Below, one piece after another: positions 44,407 to 55,476 of a DNA stretch of 64,000 bases. Below the pieces are notes generated by a model, which made no database searches, was not told the origin of the DNA, and saw only the letters and a list, made by a program, of their open reading frames with translations. Position 1 is the first letter of the stretch, and every line of letters starts with the position of its first letter. The position numbers were made by a program, and so were the translations under genes. This stretch comes from Candidatus Melainabacteria bacterium (lineage in GTDB: Bacteria; Cyanobacteriota; Vampirovibrionia; 2-02-FULL-35-15): the NCBI GenBank assembly GCA_023250205.1, contig JAHFBE010000001.1, forward strand, positions 2,110 through 66,109, read 5' to 3'.

Positions 44407-45183
44407 ATGCTCACTAAACACTTTCTACAAAATCTCGAAGACAACCTGAGTAAAACATTCTGCGTAACAGATATAGAAACTACCGGCCAAAAGCCAGATG
44501 ATTCTGAAATTATAGAGATTGCATCTGTGATTGTTGAGAATGAGAAGATTAAAGGTGACTTTTGTTCTTACGTAAAACCATTAACACCAATACCTGATTT
44601 TATTACCCAAATGACAGGAATCAGAAATGAAGACGTAAAAGATGCCCCCAGATCTGGAGCTGTTTTAAAAGACTGGCTAGAGTTTGTTAAAGATAGTTAT
44701 TATTTTTGTGCACATAACGTAATGTTTGACTACGACTTTATTTATAGAAATCTACTCCTATGTAATTTACCACTTGAGAATTTAAATAAATTAAAATTTT
44801 TTTGCACAGTAAAAACAGCAAGAATACTCTATCCTGAATTACCTAGCAGAAAATTAAATGATCTAATTAAACACTTTAATATTCCTGTTGAGAAAAGACA
44901 CAGGGCTCTTGATGATGCTTTAGCAACAGCTAAAATATTACTTATCTTTTTTGATCAAATAAGACAAAAGAAAAAAGAGTTACTTGAGTTTATAGAAAGT
45001 ACACAAAATGACAAATTAAAATCATTTGAAGCTGCAGAATATCTTAGCGTAACAAAAGAGAAGATCTATGAAATGGTTAAAAATGGCAGACTTAAAGTAA
45101 ATGAAACCTATAAAACAAAAAATGGATATGAAGGTTACTTGTTTTTAAGAAGAGATATAGAAGAATTAGCTTCAAATAACTAA
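44407..45183 (+). CDS. DnaQ-family 3'-5' exonuclease fused to a C-terminal excisionase-type HTH
   Basis: CVTDIETTG (ExoI), AHNVMFDYDF (ExoII), HRALDDA (ExoIII); C-terminal AAEYLSVTKEKIYEMVKNGRLK. Confidence 0.8.
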   Translation: MLTKHFLQNLEDNLSKTFCVTDIETTGQKPDDSEIIEIASVIVENEKIKGDFCSYVKPLTPIPDFITQMTGIRNEDVKDAPRSGAVLKDWLEFVKDSYYFCAHNVMFDYDFIYRNLLLCNLPLENLNKLKFFCTVKTARILYPELPSRKLNDLIKHFNIPVEKRHRALDDALATAKILLIFFDQIRQKKKELLEFIESTQNDKLKSFEAAEYLSVTKEKIYEMVKNGRLKVNETYKTKNGYEGYLFLRRDIEELASNN

Positions 45184-45890
45184 GAACCTATTAGTTCAGC
45201 TCCCTTACTAACGCCTAAAATATGTGCTCCTACCTGAATTAGCTGCATGGCTTCTTCTTTTGTCTTTATCCCGCCTGAAGCTTTAATTCTAATTTTATCT
45301 TCGCCATATTGATTTAATTCTTCAAGCGTTCTTTTTAGAATCGGAACAACCTGCAAATTTGAAACCTTGCTTTCAACAAATCCAGTTTTTGTTTTGATAA
45401 CTATTTTTGCATTTTCTTCATTTGCAACTTTTACAATAACTTGTGTAGCATTTTTTATTTGTCTCTCAGTAAGCAGATCAACTTCAAGAATGATTTTTAG
45501 AACTTTTCCTTCCATTGCTTTAGCAACAGATTTTAAATCTTTTTTAAAATTTCTTACATCACCTTCCTGAATATACTGATAATTGGCAACAATATCTATT
45601 TCATCTGCTCCAAGCTTTAAGATTTCTTTTATATCTTTTACCCGACTCTTTGTAAGTCCTTTACCATGCGGGAAATCACAGACGGCTATAGCCAACACCT
45701 GACTGCCAGTTAATATACTTTTTACCAACTCAATATTACATGGATGAACAACGACACCTCTAAAGTCTAGCTTTAATGCCTGTTCTGTAAGATTTTTAAT
45801 ATTATTCGTATTTAATGTCTCTGGACGTAAAATGCTTTGATCAAATGTTTTTTGTAAATTTTGCATTTCTTCTTTATGCAGACTCTTCAC
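45180..45890 (-). CDS. deoC: deoxyribose-phosphate aldolase-like class I aldolase
   Basis: [21 protein letters not shown] and IKASGGI blocks align with the DeoC pattern. Confidence 0.7.
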   Translation of the reverse strand: MKSLHKEEMQNLQKTFDQSILRPETLNTNNIKNLTEQALKLDFRGVVVHPCNIELVKSILTGSQVLAIAVCDFPHGKGLTKSRVKDIKEILKLGADEIDIVANYQYIQEGDVRNFKKDLKSVAKAMEGKVLKIILEVDLLTERQIKNATQVIVKVANEENAKIVIKTKTGFVESKVSNLQVVPILKRTLEELNQYGEDKIRIKASGGIKTKEEAMQLIQVGAHILGVSKGAELIGS

Positions 45891-48369
45891 TCAAAGAGTC
45901 TACTTGACTTTCTTCTTCTGTATGCTTTGTAACTGATGCTACATAATCTTCATCATCTAACCTCTGCAGTCTAACCCCGGTAGCCATTCTACCTTGGCAG
46001 CTAATATCACCAATCTTTGATCTAAGGACAACTCCCTGAGCTGATGCAATAATGACTTCATCTGATTCCTTTACTACATCTAATGAAGCAAGGTGACTTT
46101 TTTCTGATTTAAACTTAGTTCCTATTAAACCAATTCCTGATCTATTTTGTGTTCTAAACTCTTCTAATTCAACTCTCTTACCAAATCCATCAGTAGTAAC
46201 TAACAAGACTTGATCTTTTGAGTCCGCAGCAAAAGCATCAAAGCCAACTACATAATCACCTTCACGCAGGTTAATAGCTCTAACACCTCTTGCAGTTCTT
46301 CCAAGTGGTCTCAAATCCTCTTCGTCAAATCTTAATACCATGCCATCATAAGTACCAATAATAATATGATCCCTGCCATAACTTCTTCTAACCCAGCCTA
46401 ATTGATCACCTTCATCAAGGTTCATAGCAACAATACCGGATCTTCTTACACTTTCGAAATTATCCATGGAAATTTTCTTAACAATACCTTGTTTTGTAAG
46501 CATTACAAAATAATTATCTTCTTTAAATTCAGTTGTTGAATAAATAGCAGTAATACCATCTTCCTGACTTACAGAAATTAAATTAAAAATTGCTTGTCCT
46601 TTGTGTTGAACACTACCTTCAACAACATCATAAACTTTTGAGCTAAATACTGAACCACCTTGAGTAAAGAAGAGTAGAGTATCATGCATATTTGCAATCT
46701 TAAAGTGTTCTACATTATCTTCATCTCGAGTTTTTATACCACCCTTTCCACGGGTTGCTCTGTTTTGTCTTTCAAATTTTGCAAGAGGAATTCTCTTTAT
46801 ATATCCTTTTTCAGTCAAGAAAACTACAACTCTTTCATTTGGAATCAAATCTTCATCACTAAGTTCTTCTGCTGCTGCTGCAATTCTTGTTCTTCTTGGA
46901 TCAGCATGTTTTCTCTTAATTTCTACCAACTCTTCCTTTATAATATCCAGAATCAATTGTCTTTGAGAAAGTATTTTCTTTAACTCTTTAATTCTCTTAT
47001 TTAACTCTTTGTTTTCTTTTTCAATCTTTTCTCTTTCAAGTCCGGTTAGTCTTCTAAGTTGCATTTCTAAAATAGCACTTGCTTGAGGATCGCTTAGATT
47101 AAATTTCTTCATCAAGCCTTGTTTGGCAGTTTCTGCATCTTCTGCAGCTCTAATTAATTTGATAATTGCATCTATACTTTCAAGAGCAATTAAAAGCCCT
47201 TCCAAAATATGAACTCTTGCTTCTGCTTTTCCAAGTTCAAATTTGCATCGCCTGGTAATAATTTCTACTCTATGCTCAATAAACTCATGTAATATATTTT
47301 TCAAACTCAACGTCTTTGGTTTTTTACCAACAAGGGCAAGTGTGTTTATAGAAAAGGTTTCTTGAAGCTGCGTATGTTTGTATAAATTATTTAAAACAAC
47401 ATCTGGTTTTGCATCTCTTTTCAGTTTTACAACTACACGCAATCCATCTCTTCCTGACTCATCATTTAAATCTGCAATTCCAGTAATCTTGTCATTCTTT
47501 ACAAGATCAGCAATTCTATTAATAACCATTTCAGGACCAACAAGATAAGGAAGCTCGGTAATTACAATGCCATTTACCATTCCACGCCCAGAACTGCTTG
47601 GCATTTCTTCTATAGAAGCCTGACCTCTAACTACAACAGAGCCACGTCCAGTTTGGAACGCATCTTTAATTCCTGAAATCCCCATGATATGACCACCTGA
47701 AGGAAAGTCTGGTCCCTTAACATATTGCATTAAGCCTTCAATGGTAATTTCAGGATTATCAATTAACGCAATCGTTCCATCTACAACTTCTCCAAGATTA
47801 TGAGGAGGAATATTTGTAGCCATTCCAACTGCAATACCACTTGAACCATTTAATAAAAGAGTAGGAACTTTTGAAGGAAGAACGATTGGTTCTTTTAATG
47901 TACCATCAAAATTATCAGTAAAGTCAACTGTTTCAGAATCAATATCTGCAAGGATTTCCATGGATAAGCCCGTTAGCTTAGCTTCTGTATAACGCATAGC
48001 TGCTGGTCCATCATCAAGGGACCCAAAGTTTCCATGTCCATCAATAAGCTTATATCTGGAGCTAAATGGTTGAGCTAATCTAACTAATGCTTCATAAACT
48101 GCAGTATCACCATGGGGGTGATATTTACCTAAAACTTCCCCGACAATACGAGCACATTTTTTAAATGGCTTATCAGGAGAAAGTCCAAGCTCACTCATTG
48201 CAAATAAAATACGTCTATGAACAGGCTTTAAACCATCTCTAACATCAGGAAGAGCACGACTAACAATGACACTCATAGCATAGTCAATAAAACTACGTCT
48301 CATCTCATCTTTAATATCTACTTCAATAAGTTTTCCTGGATTTGGTAGTGGATCTTTCGGTTTAGCCAT
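45874..48369 (-). CDS. gyrA: DNA gyrase subunit A
   Basis: [17 protein letters not shown] and AAMRYTE (active-site Tyr) motifs; C-terminal beta-pinwheel repeats. Confidence 0.98.
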   Translation of the reverse strand: MAKPKDPLPNPGKLIEVDIKDEMRRSFIDYAMSVIVSRALPDVRDGLKPVHRRILFAMSELGLSPDKPFKKCARIVGEVLGKYHPHGDTAVYEALVRLAQPFSSRYKLIDGHGNFGSLDDGPAAMRYTEAKLTGLSMEILADIDSETVDFTDNFDGTLKEPIVLPSKVPTLLLNGSSGIAVGMATNIPPHNLGEVVDGTIALIDNPEITIEGLMQYVKGPDFPSGGHIMGISGIKDAFQTGRGSVVVRGQASIEEMPSSSGRGMVNGIVITELPYLVGPEMVINRIADLVKNDKITGIADLNDESGRDGLRVVVKLKRDAKPDVVLNNLYKHTQLQETFSINTLALVGKKPKTLSLKNILHEFIEHRVEIITRRCKFELGKAEARVHILEGLLIALESIDAIIKLIRAAEDAETAKQGLMKKFNLSDPQASAILEMQLRRLTGLEREKIEKENKELNKRIKELKKILSQRQLILDIIKEELVEIKRKHADPRRTRIAAAAEELSDEDLIPNERVVVFLTEKGYIKRIPLAKFERQNRATRGKGGIKTRDEDNVEHFKIANMHDTLLFFTQGGSVFSSKVYDVVEGSVQHKGQAIFNLISVSQEDGITAIYSTTEFKEDNYFVMLTKQGIVKKISMDNFESVRRSGIVAMNLDEGDQLGWVRRSYGRDHIIIGTYDGMVLRFDEEDLRPLGRTARGVRAINLREGDYVVGFDAFAADSKDQVLLVTTDGFGKRVELEEFRTQNRSGIGLIGTKFKSEKSHLASLDVVKESDEVIIASAQGVVLRSKIGDISCQGRMATGVRLQRLDDEDYVASVTKHTEEESQVDSLSEESA

Positions 48370-48540
48370 AGGGCATTATTTTAGCGTATTTTGGAACGTA
48401 TTTCAGTAAGGATTACAAAAATTTGTCTGTGTAATGACACGAGATCTGTTGAAAATAACCTAAGGAGAATGCTCATATATCATGCGTCTCTACACCACTC
48501 TATAAAACTATTAAGCTAATTCGTTATAATTGATTTTGTT

Positions 48541-49005
48541 ATGGATCTACCAAAATACATACATGGTCCCCAAGACACTCTGCCAAAAACACTGGCTTCA
48601 AGAGTTTCATTTTTAAGAAATGGTAGAAGAATTCACATTGCTGAATTATCACTTCAGGCAAGAGTACCTATTCAGCTACTAGAAGATATTGAAGCTGGAA
48701 TAGAGACCTGGCTTCCAACATCTATAAGACAAAGAATTGCAAGGGTTTTAAAAGTAGATCCAAATATTTTAGAAGAAGTTGAGGTTAAATATTTCAGTAA
48801 TGAGCAATTAGAAAAAAATCCTCCTATTGAATTAATAGAAAGAATGTGTCAGAGAATTTTAGAAGGTTCAAACGACATAAAATGTCCACAATGCAACAGC
48901 GCAATGAAGGTCTGGATTCAGGATGGATTTGATTTAAACGGTGAACCTATTAAAACTCCAAAAGGTTACTGCACAAGCTGTATTTTTCAACTAAAATCCT
49001 CATAA
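48541..49005 (+). CDS. hypothetical protein with an XRE-like HTH and a C-terminal zinc ribbon
   Basis: IAELSLQARVPIQLLEDIEAG HTH-like segment; CPQC ... CTSC pairs. Confidence 0.5.
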   Translation: MDLPKYIHGPQDTLPKTLASRVSFLRNGRRIHIAELSLQARVPIQLLEDIEAGIETWLPTSIRQRIARVLKVDPNILEEVEVKYFSNEQLEKNPPIELIERMCQRILEGSNDIKCPQCNSAMKVWIQDGFDLNGEPIKTPKGYCTSCIFQLKSS

Positions 49006-49130
49006 AAAAAAGCTTTTTAAGCAATTTTTTAATGATTTTAAAGATTACGCCTAATTAAGTTACATACATTGATAAAGGTATAAATTTTTATTGCTAGCTT
49101 GCTTTATATAAGTTGAAAGTGAGGTGTTTC

Positions 49131-49244
49131 ATGTCAGAAAAATTTGCTTCTCCACTAATAACGTTTGCGATTTTGCTATCAATTACTAGCTATTTCCTTA
49201 TAATTAATCTAGTCATTCCTTCAGGAAGTTTGTTCGTAAAATAA
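49131..49244 (+). CDS. possible small membrane peptide, 37 aa
   Basis: Below the ORF-track cutoff; ATG 4 nt after GAGGTG; one hydrophobic helix. Confidence 0.3.
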   Translation: MSEKFASPLITFAILLSITSYFLIINLVIPSGSLFVK

Positions 49245-49360
49245 GTTATGTGTGGTGTTTTTTATGCTCTTTTGTTGTCTTGCCCCATGGCTTTATGACA
49301 GTATAATTTAGGATTATTAATCCTACAAATATAGTAACCATAATTATAAAACAAATAATA

Positions 49361-49600
49361 TCACTTGATGTCATTTTTAAATCCTTTATATTTATCTAAA
49401 ATGGTACGTCCCTGCTCAATAAAAGTCAAGCCACAAATAAATAACAATATTGAACCAAATAAATTTATAAGAAACCATAAAATACCAAGTTCATGAAACA
49501 TCTTTATATTCTCAAGAACCAATCTTCCAAAAAGCGTCATCACAGCAAACCCAACAAGATTAAATATATAAGCCCTATATTTATCTTCTTCACTAATCAT
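49361..49600 (-). CDS. small membrane protein, about 79 aa
   Basis: ATG at 49600 (the track used an upstream TTG); two hydrophobic helices. Confidence 0.4.
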   Translation of the reverse strand: MISEEDKYRAYIFNLVGFAVMTLFGRLVLENIKMFHELGILWFLINLFGSILLFICGLTFIEQGRTILDKYKGFKNDIK

Positions 49601-49695
49601 AAAGCAATTATATGCAAAGCATTTTTCACAAATCAACAGAAAACTTTATAAACTTGTAACCGTGGGTTACAAAAAAGATTAATTTTTTCTAAGAT

Positions 49696-50466
49696 TTACG
49701 TTAGCTTTATTTGGCTAACCCATTCTTTTAGTTCAGGTAACATTTTTTGATTTGTCATGTGAATTGTTACTGGTGTAATTGAAATCTGATTGTTTCGTAC
49801 AGCAAACACATCAGTACCTGGCAGTTCATGTTCCTCCATAGCTTCTCCAGCAAGCCAGTAATAAGTTCTACCGCGAGGATCAACTCTTTTTACAAAATAA
49901 TCATTATATGGTCTTACACCAAGCTCAGTAATTTCTATTCCTGCTATTTCAGAAAGTGGAAGCGCTGGAACATTTATATTTAATAAAGTTCTATCAGGGA
50001 ATTTTATCTGTCCAATTATTTTTATGAGCTTACTTACAAACGTTACTGCAGCTAAAAAATCCTGAGGTTTGTGCTCTGCCAGGCTTATTGCAATGCTGGG
50101 AATGTTATAAATAGCTCCTTCCATTGCAGCACTCACAGTGCCTGAATATAAAACATCTGAACCCATATTGGGACCATGGTTTATTCCAGACAAAACAATC
50201 TCTGGCTGTTCCTTTAAAATAGCTCCAATAGCAATTTTTACACAGTCACTGGGTGTCCCATCTGTAGAATAGGCAGACTTTACACCATTTAAATGTGTTT
50301 CTTCTTCAAGTCTAAGAGGTCTATGCAAAGTAAGCGAGTGCCCTGTTGCGCTTCTTTCCCTGTCTGGTGCAACAACATAGACATCATGATCCTTAGCCAC
50401 TCCTTCAGCAAGTGCCCTTATTCCACCAGAATATATCCCATCATCATTTGAAACTAATATACGCAT
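49696..50466 (-). CDS. surE: 5'/3'-nucleotidase SurE
   Basis: MRILVSNDDGI N-terminus and GINHGPN motif. Confidence 0.93.
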   Translation of the reverse strand: MRILVSNDDGIYSGGIRALAEGVAKDHDVYVVAPDRERSATGHSLTLHRPLRLEEETHLNGVKSAYSTDGTPSDCVKIAIGAILKEQPEIVLSGINHGPNMGSDVLYSGTVSAAMEGAIYNIPSIAISLAEHKPQDFLAAVTFVSKLIKIIGQIKFPDRTLLNINVPALPLSEIAGIEITELGVRPYNDYFVKRVDPRGRTYYWLAGEAMEEHELPGTDVFAVRNNQISITPVTIHMTNQKMLPELKEWVSQIKLT

Positions 50467-50489
50467 AAAGAAAATTATATCTTATTCAT

Positions 50490-50580
50490 GTCATTCTGAG
50501 TCGAAGACGAAGAATCTCATTACGTTTAGAGATCCTTAGTTGGAGTTTACCCTGAGCAAAGCGAATGGGCTTAGGATGAC
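50490..50580. repeat. MITE-like element, GTCATTCTGAG variant
   Basis: GTCATTCTGAGTCGAAGACGAAGAATCTC ... CCTGAGCAAAGCGAATGGGCTTAGGATGAC. Confidence 0.75.
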
Positions 50581-50632
50581 ATGAAACGTCACAAGCTTTA
50601 TCACACAATCTTATTTTAAGTAAAATTATTAC

Positions 50633-51499
50633 ATGACAAAAGACAAAGAAACCCAATATTCACGAGAAATGAAAAAAGTTCTATGGATAGTTTTATTTTT
50701 AAATCTCCTTGTCTTATCTATAGAAATCTTTGCAGGAATAATCACATCATCGTTAAGTATTGCTGGCGATGCAGCACACACAGTATCAGACACTTTAAAT
50801 AACGTGGTAGGGCTAATAGTCATGCAATATGCCATACAACCACCTGATAAACAACATCCATATGGACATGGGAAATTCGAAACCCTGGCAGCATTTGGCA
50901 TAGTGATTTTTTTAGCAATTGCCTGCGTGGAAATAGTTCAAAGTTCTGTAGGAAGGATGTTTCACCCAGTAGAACTTCCTTTATTTAAAGAAGAAGTTGT
51001 CTGGCTTCTAATCCTTACTCTTATTATAAATATAGTTATTTGGACTTACGAAAGAAACAAAGGCTTAAAATTAAAAAGTGATCTATTGATAGCAGATTCT
51101 TCACATACTGGCTCAGACGTTTTAATTAAGCTCTCTGTTCTTGGCTCACAAATATTCATTGCACAAAAAATGTACTGGGTGGATTCCCTTGTTGCAATTA
51201 TTATAAGTCTCTTCATAGCAAAAGCTGGCTATGAAATACTTTCAACTACAATTCCTGTTCTTGTTGATGCAGCATGGCACGATCCAAAAGATATCAAAAA
51301 ATCTGTCCTAGCTATCACTGATGTAGTTGATTGTTACGATATTTATTCCCGAAAGAGTCCTTATCTAGCTTTTATAGAATGCAAAATCAAGGTAAAGCCA
51401 AAAGACTTATACAATGCTCATAAAATAGCTGATCTCGTTGAAGAAAAAATTAAAGAAGACTTCGGCAAATGCAAAGTCACTGTTCATGTGGAACCATAA
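50633..51499 (+). CDS. cation diffusion facilitator family transporter
   Basis: Six TM helices, HTVSD / HTGSD metal-site motifs, C-terminal cytoplasmic domain. Confidence 0.88.
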   Translation: MTKDKETQYSREMKKVLWIVLFLNLLVLSIEIFAGIITSSLSIAGDAAHTVSDTLNNVVGLIVMQYAIQPPDKQHPYGHGKFETLAAFGIVIFLAIACVEIVQSSVGRMFHPVELPLFKEEVVWLLILTLIINIVIWTYERNKGLKLKSDLLIADSSHTGSDVLIKLSVLGSQIFIAQKMYWVDSLVAIIISLFIAKAGYEILSTTIPVLVDAAWHDPKDIKKSVLAITDVVDCYDIYSRKSPYLAFIECKIKVKPKDLYNAHKIADLVEEKIKEDFGKCKVTVHVEP

Positions 51500-51501
51500 A
51501 T

Positions 51502-51580
51502 ATCATTGAGAGCCAGGTAAAAAAAACGGTTTGCGCAAGTTAGATCGGGATTGCTTCGGCATTACATGCCTCGCAATGAC
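51502..51580. repeat. degenerate MITE-like element
   Basis: ATCATTGAGAG ... GGGATTGCTTCGGCATTACATGCCTCGCAATGAC. Confidence 0.65.
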
Positions 51581-51603
51581 ACAAATACCTTATAATAATT
51601 AGC

Positions 51604-52881
51604 ATGCCCATCATAAAAGACATAAAAAAAGCAAAGAAAAAAATAGATGACATTTCATCCAGATTTGATTTATCAAAGATGAGTAAGGAATACAAACTAG
51701 TTGAAGCAATTATTAATAATGTTAAAAAAAATGGTGATAAAGCTTTAATTCATTACACAAATAAATTTGACAAAGTAAATCTAAAATCAGTTGAAGTCCC
51801 TCAGAGTGAAATCAACAGTTCAACAAAATATATTCCAAAACCGCTTTTAAGTTCTATAAAAAAAGCAATTCATAAAATAACAGCTTTTCAAAGAACAAAT
51901 ACTCCACAAACATGGATTAGGAACTTCAACTCAAACGAAAAGTTAGGTTATAAATATACACCTTTAGATTCAGTAGGAATATACATTCCTGGAGGTAAAG
52001 CTCCTTTAATCTCAACAGTTTTAATGACTGTAATTCCAGCAAAGGTTGCAAGAGTAAAAAGAATTGTAGTTTTTACACCTCCACCAGTAAATAAAGGAAT
52101 ATTAGCTGCTTGTAAATTATTAGGGATTAATGAAGTATATCAAGTAGGCGGTGCTCAAGCTATTGCTGCAAGTGCTTTTGGAACAAACAGCATAAAGCCA
52201 GTAGATAAAATAGTTGGACCAGGAAATGTTTATGTAACACTTGCAAAGAAAATTGTTTTTGGAAAAGTAGGAATAGATGGATTATACGGACCAAGTGAAA
52301 TAGCAATTATTGCTGACAAAAGTGCAAATCCAAAATTTCTAGCCACAGATCTCCTAAGCCAGCTAGAACACGGTTCGGGACTTGAATCTGCATTTATGGT
52401 TACTAATAATGAGTTGTTGGCAAAAGAAACTCAGAAGGAGTTATTGGAGCTTGTTAAATTCCTTCCAAATAAAAATACCGTTTTAAAATCGTGGAACAGG
52501 AATAGTGCAATAGCAATAGTCAAAGATTTAGACAAAGCATGTGAGCTAATTAATTTACTAGCTCCAGAACATCTTGAAATTATTACAAAGAATGCCTTCT
52601 CTCTCTCCATGAAGATTACAAATGCAGGAGCCATATTTATTGGAGAGTACTCATGTGAGTCAGTAGGAGATTATATTGCAGGACCAAGCCACTGTCTTCC
52701 CACAGGAGGAAGTGCAAAGTTTTCCAGTGGCTTAACTGTAATGGATTTTATGAAGAAAATAAGCATGATATCTTTCAGTAAAAAAGCATTTGATAAGAAT
52801 GCAAAAGATATTATTAACCTTGCAGATGCTGAGGGACTTAAAGCACATGGAGATGCAATAAAAATAAGACTTAAACGTTGA
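51604..52881 (+). CDS. hisD: histidinol dehydrogenase
   Basis: GIYIPGGKAPL, QVGGAQAIAA, SQLEHG and APEHLE motifs. Confidence 0.95.
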   Translation: MPIIKDIKKAKKKIDDISSRFDLSKMSKEYKLVEAIINNVKKNGDKALIHYTNKFDKVNLKSVEVPQSEINSSTKYIPKPLLSSIKKAIHKITAFQRTNTPQTWIRNFNSNEKLGYKYTPLDSVGIYIPGGKAPLISTVLMTVIPAKVARVKRIVVFTPPPVNKGILAACKLLGINEVYQVGGAQAIAASAFGTNSIKPVDKIVGPGNVYVTLAKKIVFGKVGIDGLYGPSEIAIIADKSANPKFLATDLLSQLEHGSGLESAFMVTNNELLAKETQKELLELVKFLPNKNTVLKSWNRNSAIAIVKDLDKACELINLLAPEHLEIITKNAFSLSMKITNAGAIFIGEYSCESVGDYIAGPSHCLPTGGSAKFSSGLTVMDFMKKISMISFSKKAFDKNAKDIINLADAEGLKAHGDAIKIRLKR

Positions 52882-52964
52882 ATTCTTTTAATACATATTG
52901 AAGGTTTAAATATACTTTTGATAAACTTTAACTTAATTATTTAAGAAAAATAAAGAGGTGAAAA

Positions 52965-53450
52965 ATGGTTACATTATCTAGTATAGTCCAAAGAGTAACA
53001 GCTTTCCTCCCAGGAAGAGGACAAGCCGTAATGATTCAAGATAAATTATATACTCAAGAAGCTCGGGCAAAAGATGACATTGATGATTTGGTAGAACGCT
53101 TTCAAGGAACTACTAATCCCAATAATCGTATTAATTTAATGAGAGAACTTGTAACAGTTACAAAAGATTATGCTACATCAGGCTTATTAGATGCTGACAT
53201 TAAAGCAACCGACAAAGGACATTATTTGGTTCCAATTTTTAGAGATATTTTAAAAAACGATAAAGATCCTGCAATTCGTATTCTTGCCGTTTCTGGATTA
53301 GATCATTTACGTACTCTAGGAAATATAAAGCCAATATTAGATGACGCACGAGAAAGAGAAGGCAACCAAATTGTTATTGATACAATTGACAATGTCTTTT
53401 TCATAAGAAATTGGCGTAACCCTGAAATAGATCCTCGTCCAGGCTTATAA
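52965..53450 (+). CDS. hypothetical protein, 161 aa, one HEAT-like unit
   Basis: ORF with ATG after GAGGTG; DKDPAIRILAVSGLDHL resembles a HEAT unit. Confidence 0.5.
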   Translation: MVTLSSIVQRVTAFLPGRGQAVMIQDKLYTQEARAKDDIDDLVERFQGTTNPNNRINLMRELVTVTKDYATSGLLDADIKATDKGHYLVPIFRDILKNDKDPAIRILAVSGLDHLRTLGNIKPILDDAREREGNQIVIDTIDNVFFIRNWRNPEIDPRPGL

Positions 53451-53457
53451 TATATTC

Positions 53458-54237
53458 ATGCTAAAAGCTCTTCATAGATTTTTCTATGCCTGGCTGTTTC
53501 TAACCAGACTTCCTGCACCGCCATTACCTAAAGCAAAGCCTGAAGACTGGGGAAGAATAGCTCCGTATTTTACTTTGATTGGATTTATTTTAGGATTTAT
53601 TCTTTATTTCTTTGGAAAAGTTTTAATTTCATATAAAATTCCTTTTATGTTTTCTGCTCTTCTGGGTTTGTTTGCCTGGGTTTTAATAACAGGTGGCTTA
53701 CATATGGATGGCCTAATGGATACCTTTGACGGGGTCAATTGTACAGATCCAAAGAGAAAAATAGAAGCGATGAAAGACAGCAGAGTCGGAGCCTTTGGAG
53801 CAATGGCAGGTATTTTTATACTTTTATTTAAGCTTGTCGCTCTATGTACTATTTTCGTGAATAATTTGTTTTTTATAATTGTAATTTCACTTTCATTGTC
53901 AAGACTTCTTGCAGTTTATTCATTCACCTTTTTAAGTAAGAATAAAGATTCCGGAACCAGCTCTTCTCTGCTTTTATCCGGGATTAAAAAGCCGAATGAT
54001 TTTTTAGTAAATCTAATATTATTTATAATAATTTCTTTCTTTTCAATTTCATTACTACATTTAAAGTTTACTTATTTCTTTTTTATAATTATTTGCTTTT
54101 TTATTTGCCTACCCTGGACATACTGGCTTGAAAGACATTTCAAAGGTCATACAGGAGATACTTTTGGAGCATTGATAGAACTTAGTGAGGTAACAGTATT
54201 ATCGCTTGGGGTTATTTTTAAAAATTTATTAACGTAG
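53458..54237 (+). CDS. cobS: adenosylcobinamide-GDP ribazoletransferase (cobalamin synthase)
   Basis: GGLHMDGLMDTFDG motif, polytopic membrane protein. Confidence 0.85.
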   Translation: MLKALHRFFYAWLFLTRLPAPPLPKAKPEDWGRIAPYFTLIGFILGFILYFFGKVLISYKIPFMFSALLGLFAWVLITGGLHMDGLMDTFDGVNCTDPKRKIEAMKDSRVGAFGAMAGIFILLFKLVALCTIFVNNLFFIIVISLSLSRLLAVYSFTFLSKNKDSGTSSSLLLSGIKKPNDFLVNLILFIIISFFSISLLHLKFTYFFFIIICFFICLPWTYWLERHFKGHTGDTFGALIELSEVTVLSLGVIFKNLLT

Positions 54238-54261
54238 AGGCGTAGCATGCTACGCCTCTAC
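54234..54261. repeat. 28-bp perfect palindrome GTAGAGGCGTAGCATGCTACGCCTCTAC containing the stop codons of both convergent genes
   Basis: The cobS TAG is at 54235-54237; the cobT-like TAG is the complement of 54250-54252. Confidence 0.88.
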
Positions 54262-55365
54262 CGCAATAGAATAAACTCTTTCAATCTCTTTAACTATCTC
54301 TTCCTGCAAAACATCTTTATATAAATCAGCCGCTACCATTAACCCACCGGCTCCAACACCTTCTTTAATATGCCCTTCCTCATAGGCAAAAAGCCCTTTG
54401 TGCTTTGATTCTTTAAAATGTATATTTGAAGAGATTAATGGAGCATTTGTTAGCTCTGCAAGTTTTTTTGTTTTTGCATTTGTATCATTTGTAATCCATG
54501 AAGTGGTAGCCACCACCGTATCATATGGATTAAATCCTGTAAGAAGCTTTGATACATGATAGACAGTAAGCATTTGCGAGCCACCAGCAAGCATAACTGG
54601 AAGATTTGCTTTTTGAGCACCCTTAATAAAACCACAAACAAAAGCCTGCATGGGATCTCCAAAATATTCAACTGCTTTTAATGGATTTTTCTTTATAGCA
54701 GGAAACTTATCTACATTATTTAAAAGAGCATCTTTTACAGTTTGGTTTTTCCACATATGGTTTCCTTCCGGGAAGCTGCTGCTTACAAGATCAAATGCAT
54801 TAACATCAAGCGAGCATAAGACACTTAATGCCGTAGTTGTTCCACCAGGGACACATTCACCAATAACAACATATGGATAATTGGGAAGATTTAGACCAAG
54901 CTTTTCTCCTTTTTGAAAAAGAAAATTCATTTTTACTGGATCTAATGCAGCACCAGTAGTTAAGCACTTTGCAGGACCCATGTTTAAATCAATATGTTGT
55001 TTTTCAGGTTTAATAAAAGAGCCTACATCAACTACACTTATGTCTAATCCCATAAAATCAGATACTGCTTTAGATAAAATCGCTGGTGAAGGAATCTTGT
55101 TTGGCGAGACTGGTAATTTTTTATTAAACTTCCCAAGTTCAGTAACAAGAAAATCTGCATCAAGTGCCGGAGTGTTCTTTAACTGCTCTATATTTTGACC
55201 TGCCGCTGATATCCCCGGAATTAAAGCAGTTTCAGTCCCTCCAATTACAAGGATAAACAATGGCTTTTTTCCTTTAACTTTATCAATGAAACTTTGACAC
55301 TCTTTTGACTTATTTACAAAGGAATAAGATTTAATTTTTTTTTGAATACTTTGGTCTGTTGGCAT
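54250..55365 (-). CDS. CobT-like nicotinate-nucleotide--dimethylbenzimidazole phosphoribosyltransferase homologue (UPF0284 / archaeal-type)
   Basis: LFILVIGGTETALIPGISAAG block and cobS adjacency; family recalled from memory. Confidence 0.6.
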   Translation of the reverse strand: MPTDQSIQKKIKSYSFVNKSKECQSFIDKVKGKKPLFILVIGGTETALIPGISAAGQNIEQLKNTPALDADFLVTELGKFNKKLPVSPNKIPSPAILSKAVSDFMGLDISVVDVGSFIKPEKQHIDLNMGPAKCLTTGAALDPVKMNFLFQKGEKLGLNLPNYPYVVIGECVPGGTTTALSVLCSLDVNAFDLVSSSFPEGNHMWKNQTVKDALLNNVDKFPAIKKNPLKAVEYFGDPMQAFVCGFIKGAQKANLPVMLAGGSQMLTVYHVSKLLTGFNPYDTVVATTSWITNDTNAKTKKLAELTNAPLISSNIHFKESKHKGLFAYEEGHIKEGVGAGGLMVAADLYKDVLQEEIVKEIERVYSIAVEA

Positions 55366-55377
55366 ATTCCTCTGTTT

Positions 55378-55451
55378 ATCATTGCGAGGAGCGCTAGTGA
55401 CGAAGCAACCTTATTTTGATTATAAGATTGCTTCGCTTTGCTCGCAATGAC
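55378..55451. repeat. MITE-like palindromic element (short copy)
   Basis: ATCATTGCGAGGAGCGCTAGTGACGAAGCAACC...AAGATTGCTTCGCTTTGCTCGCAATGAC. Confidence 0.8.
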
Positions 55452-55476
55452 AAATAATCTGTTATTATTTTACATT

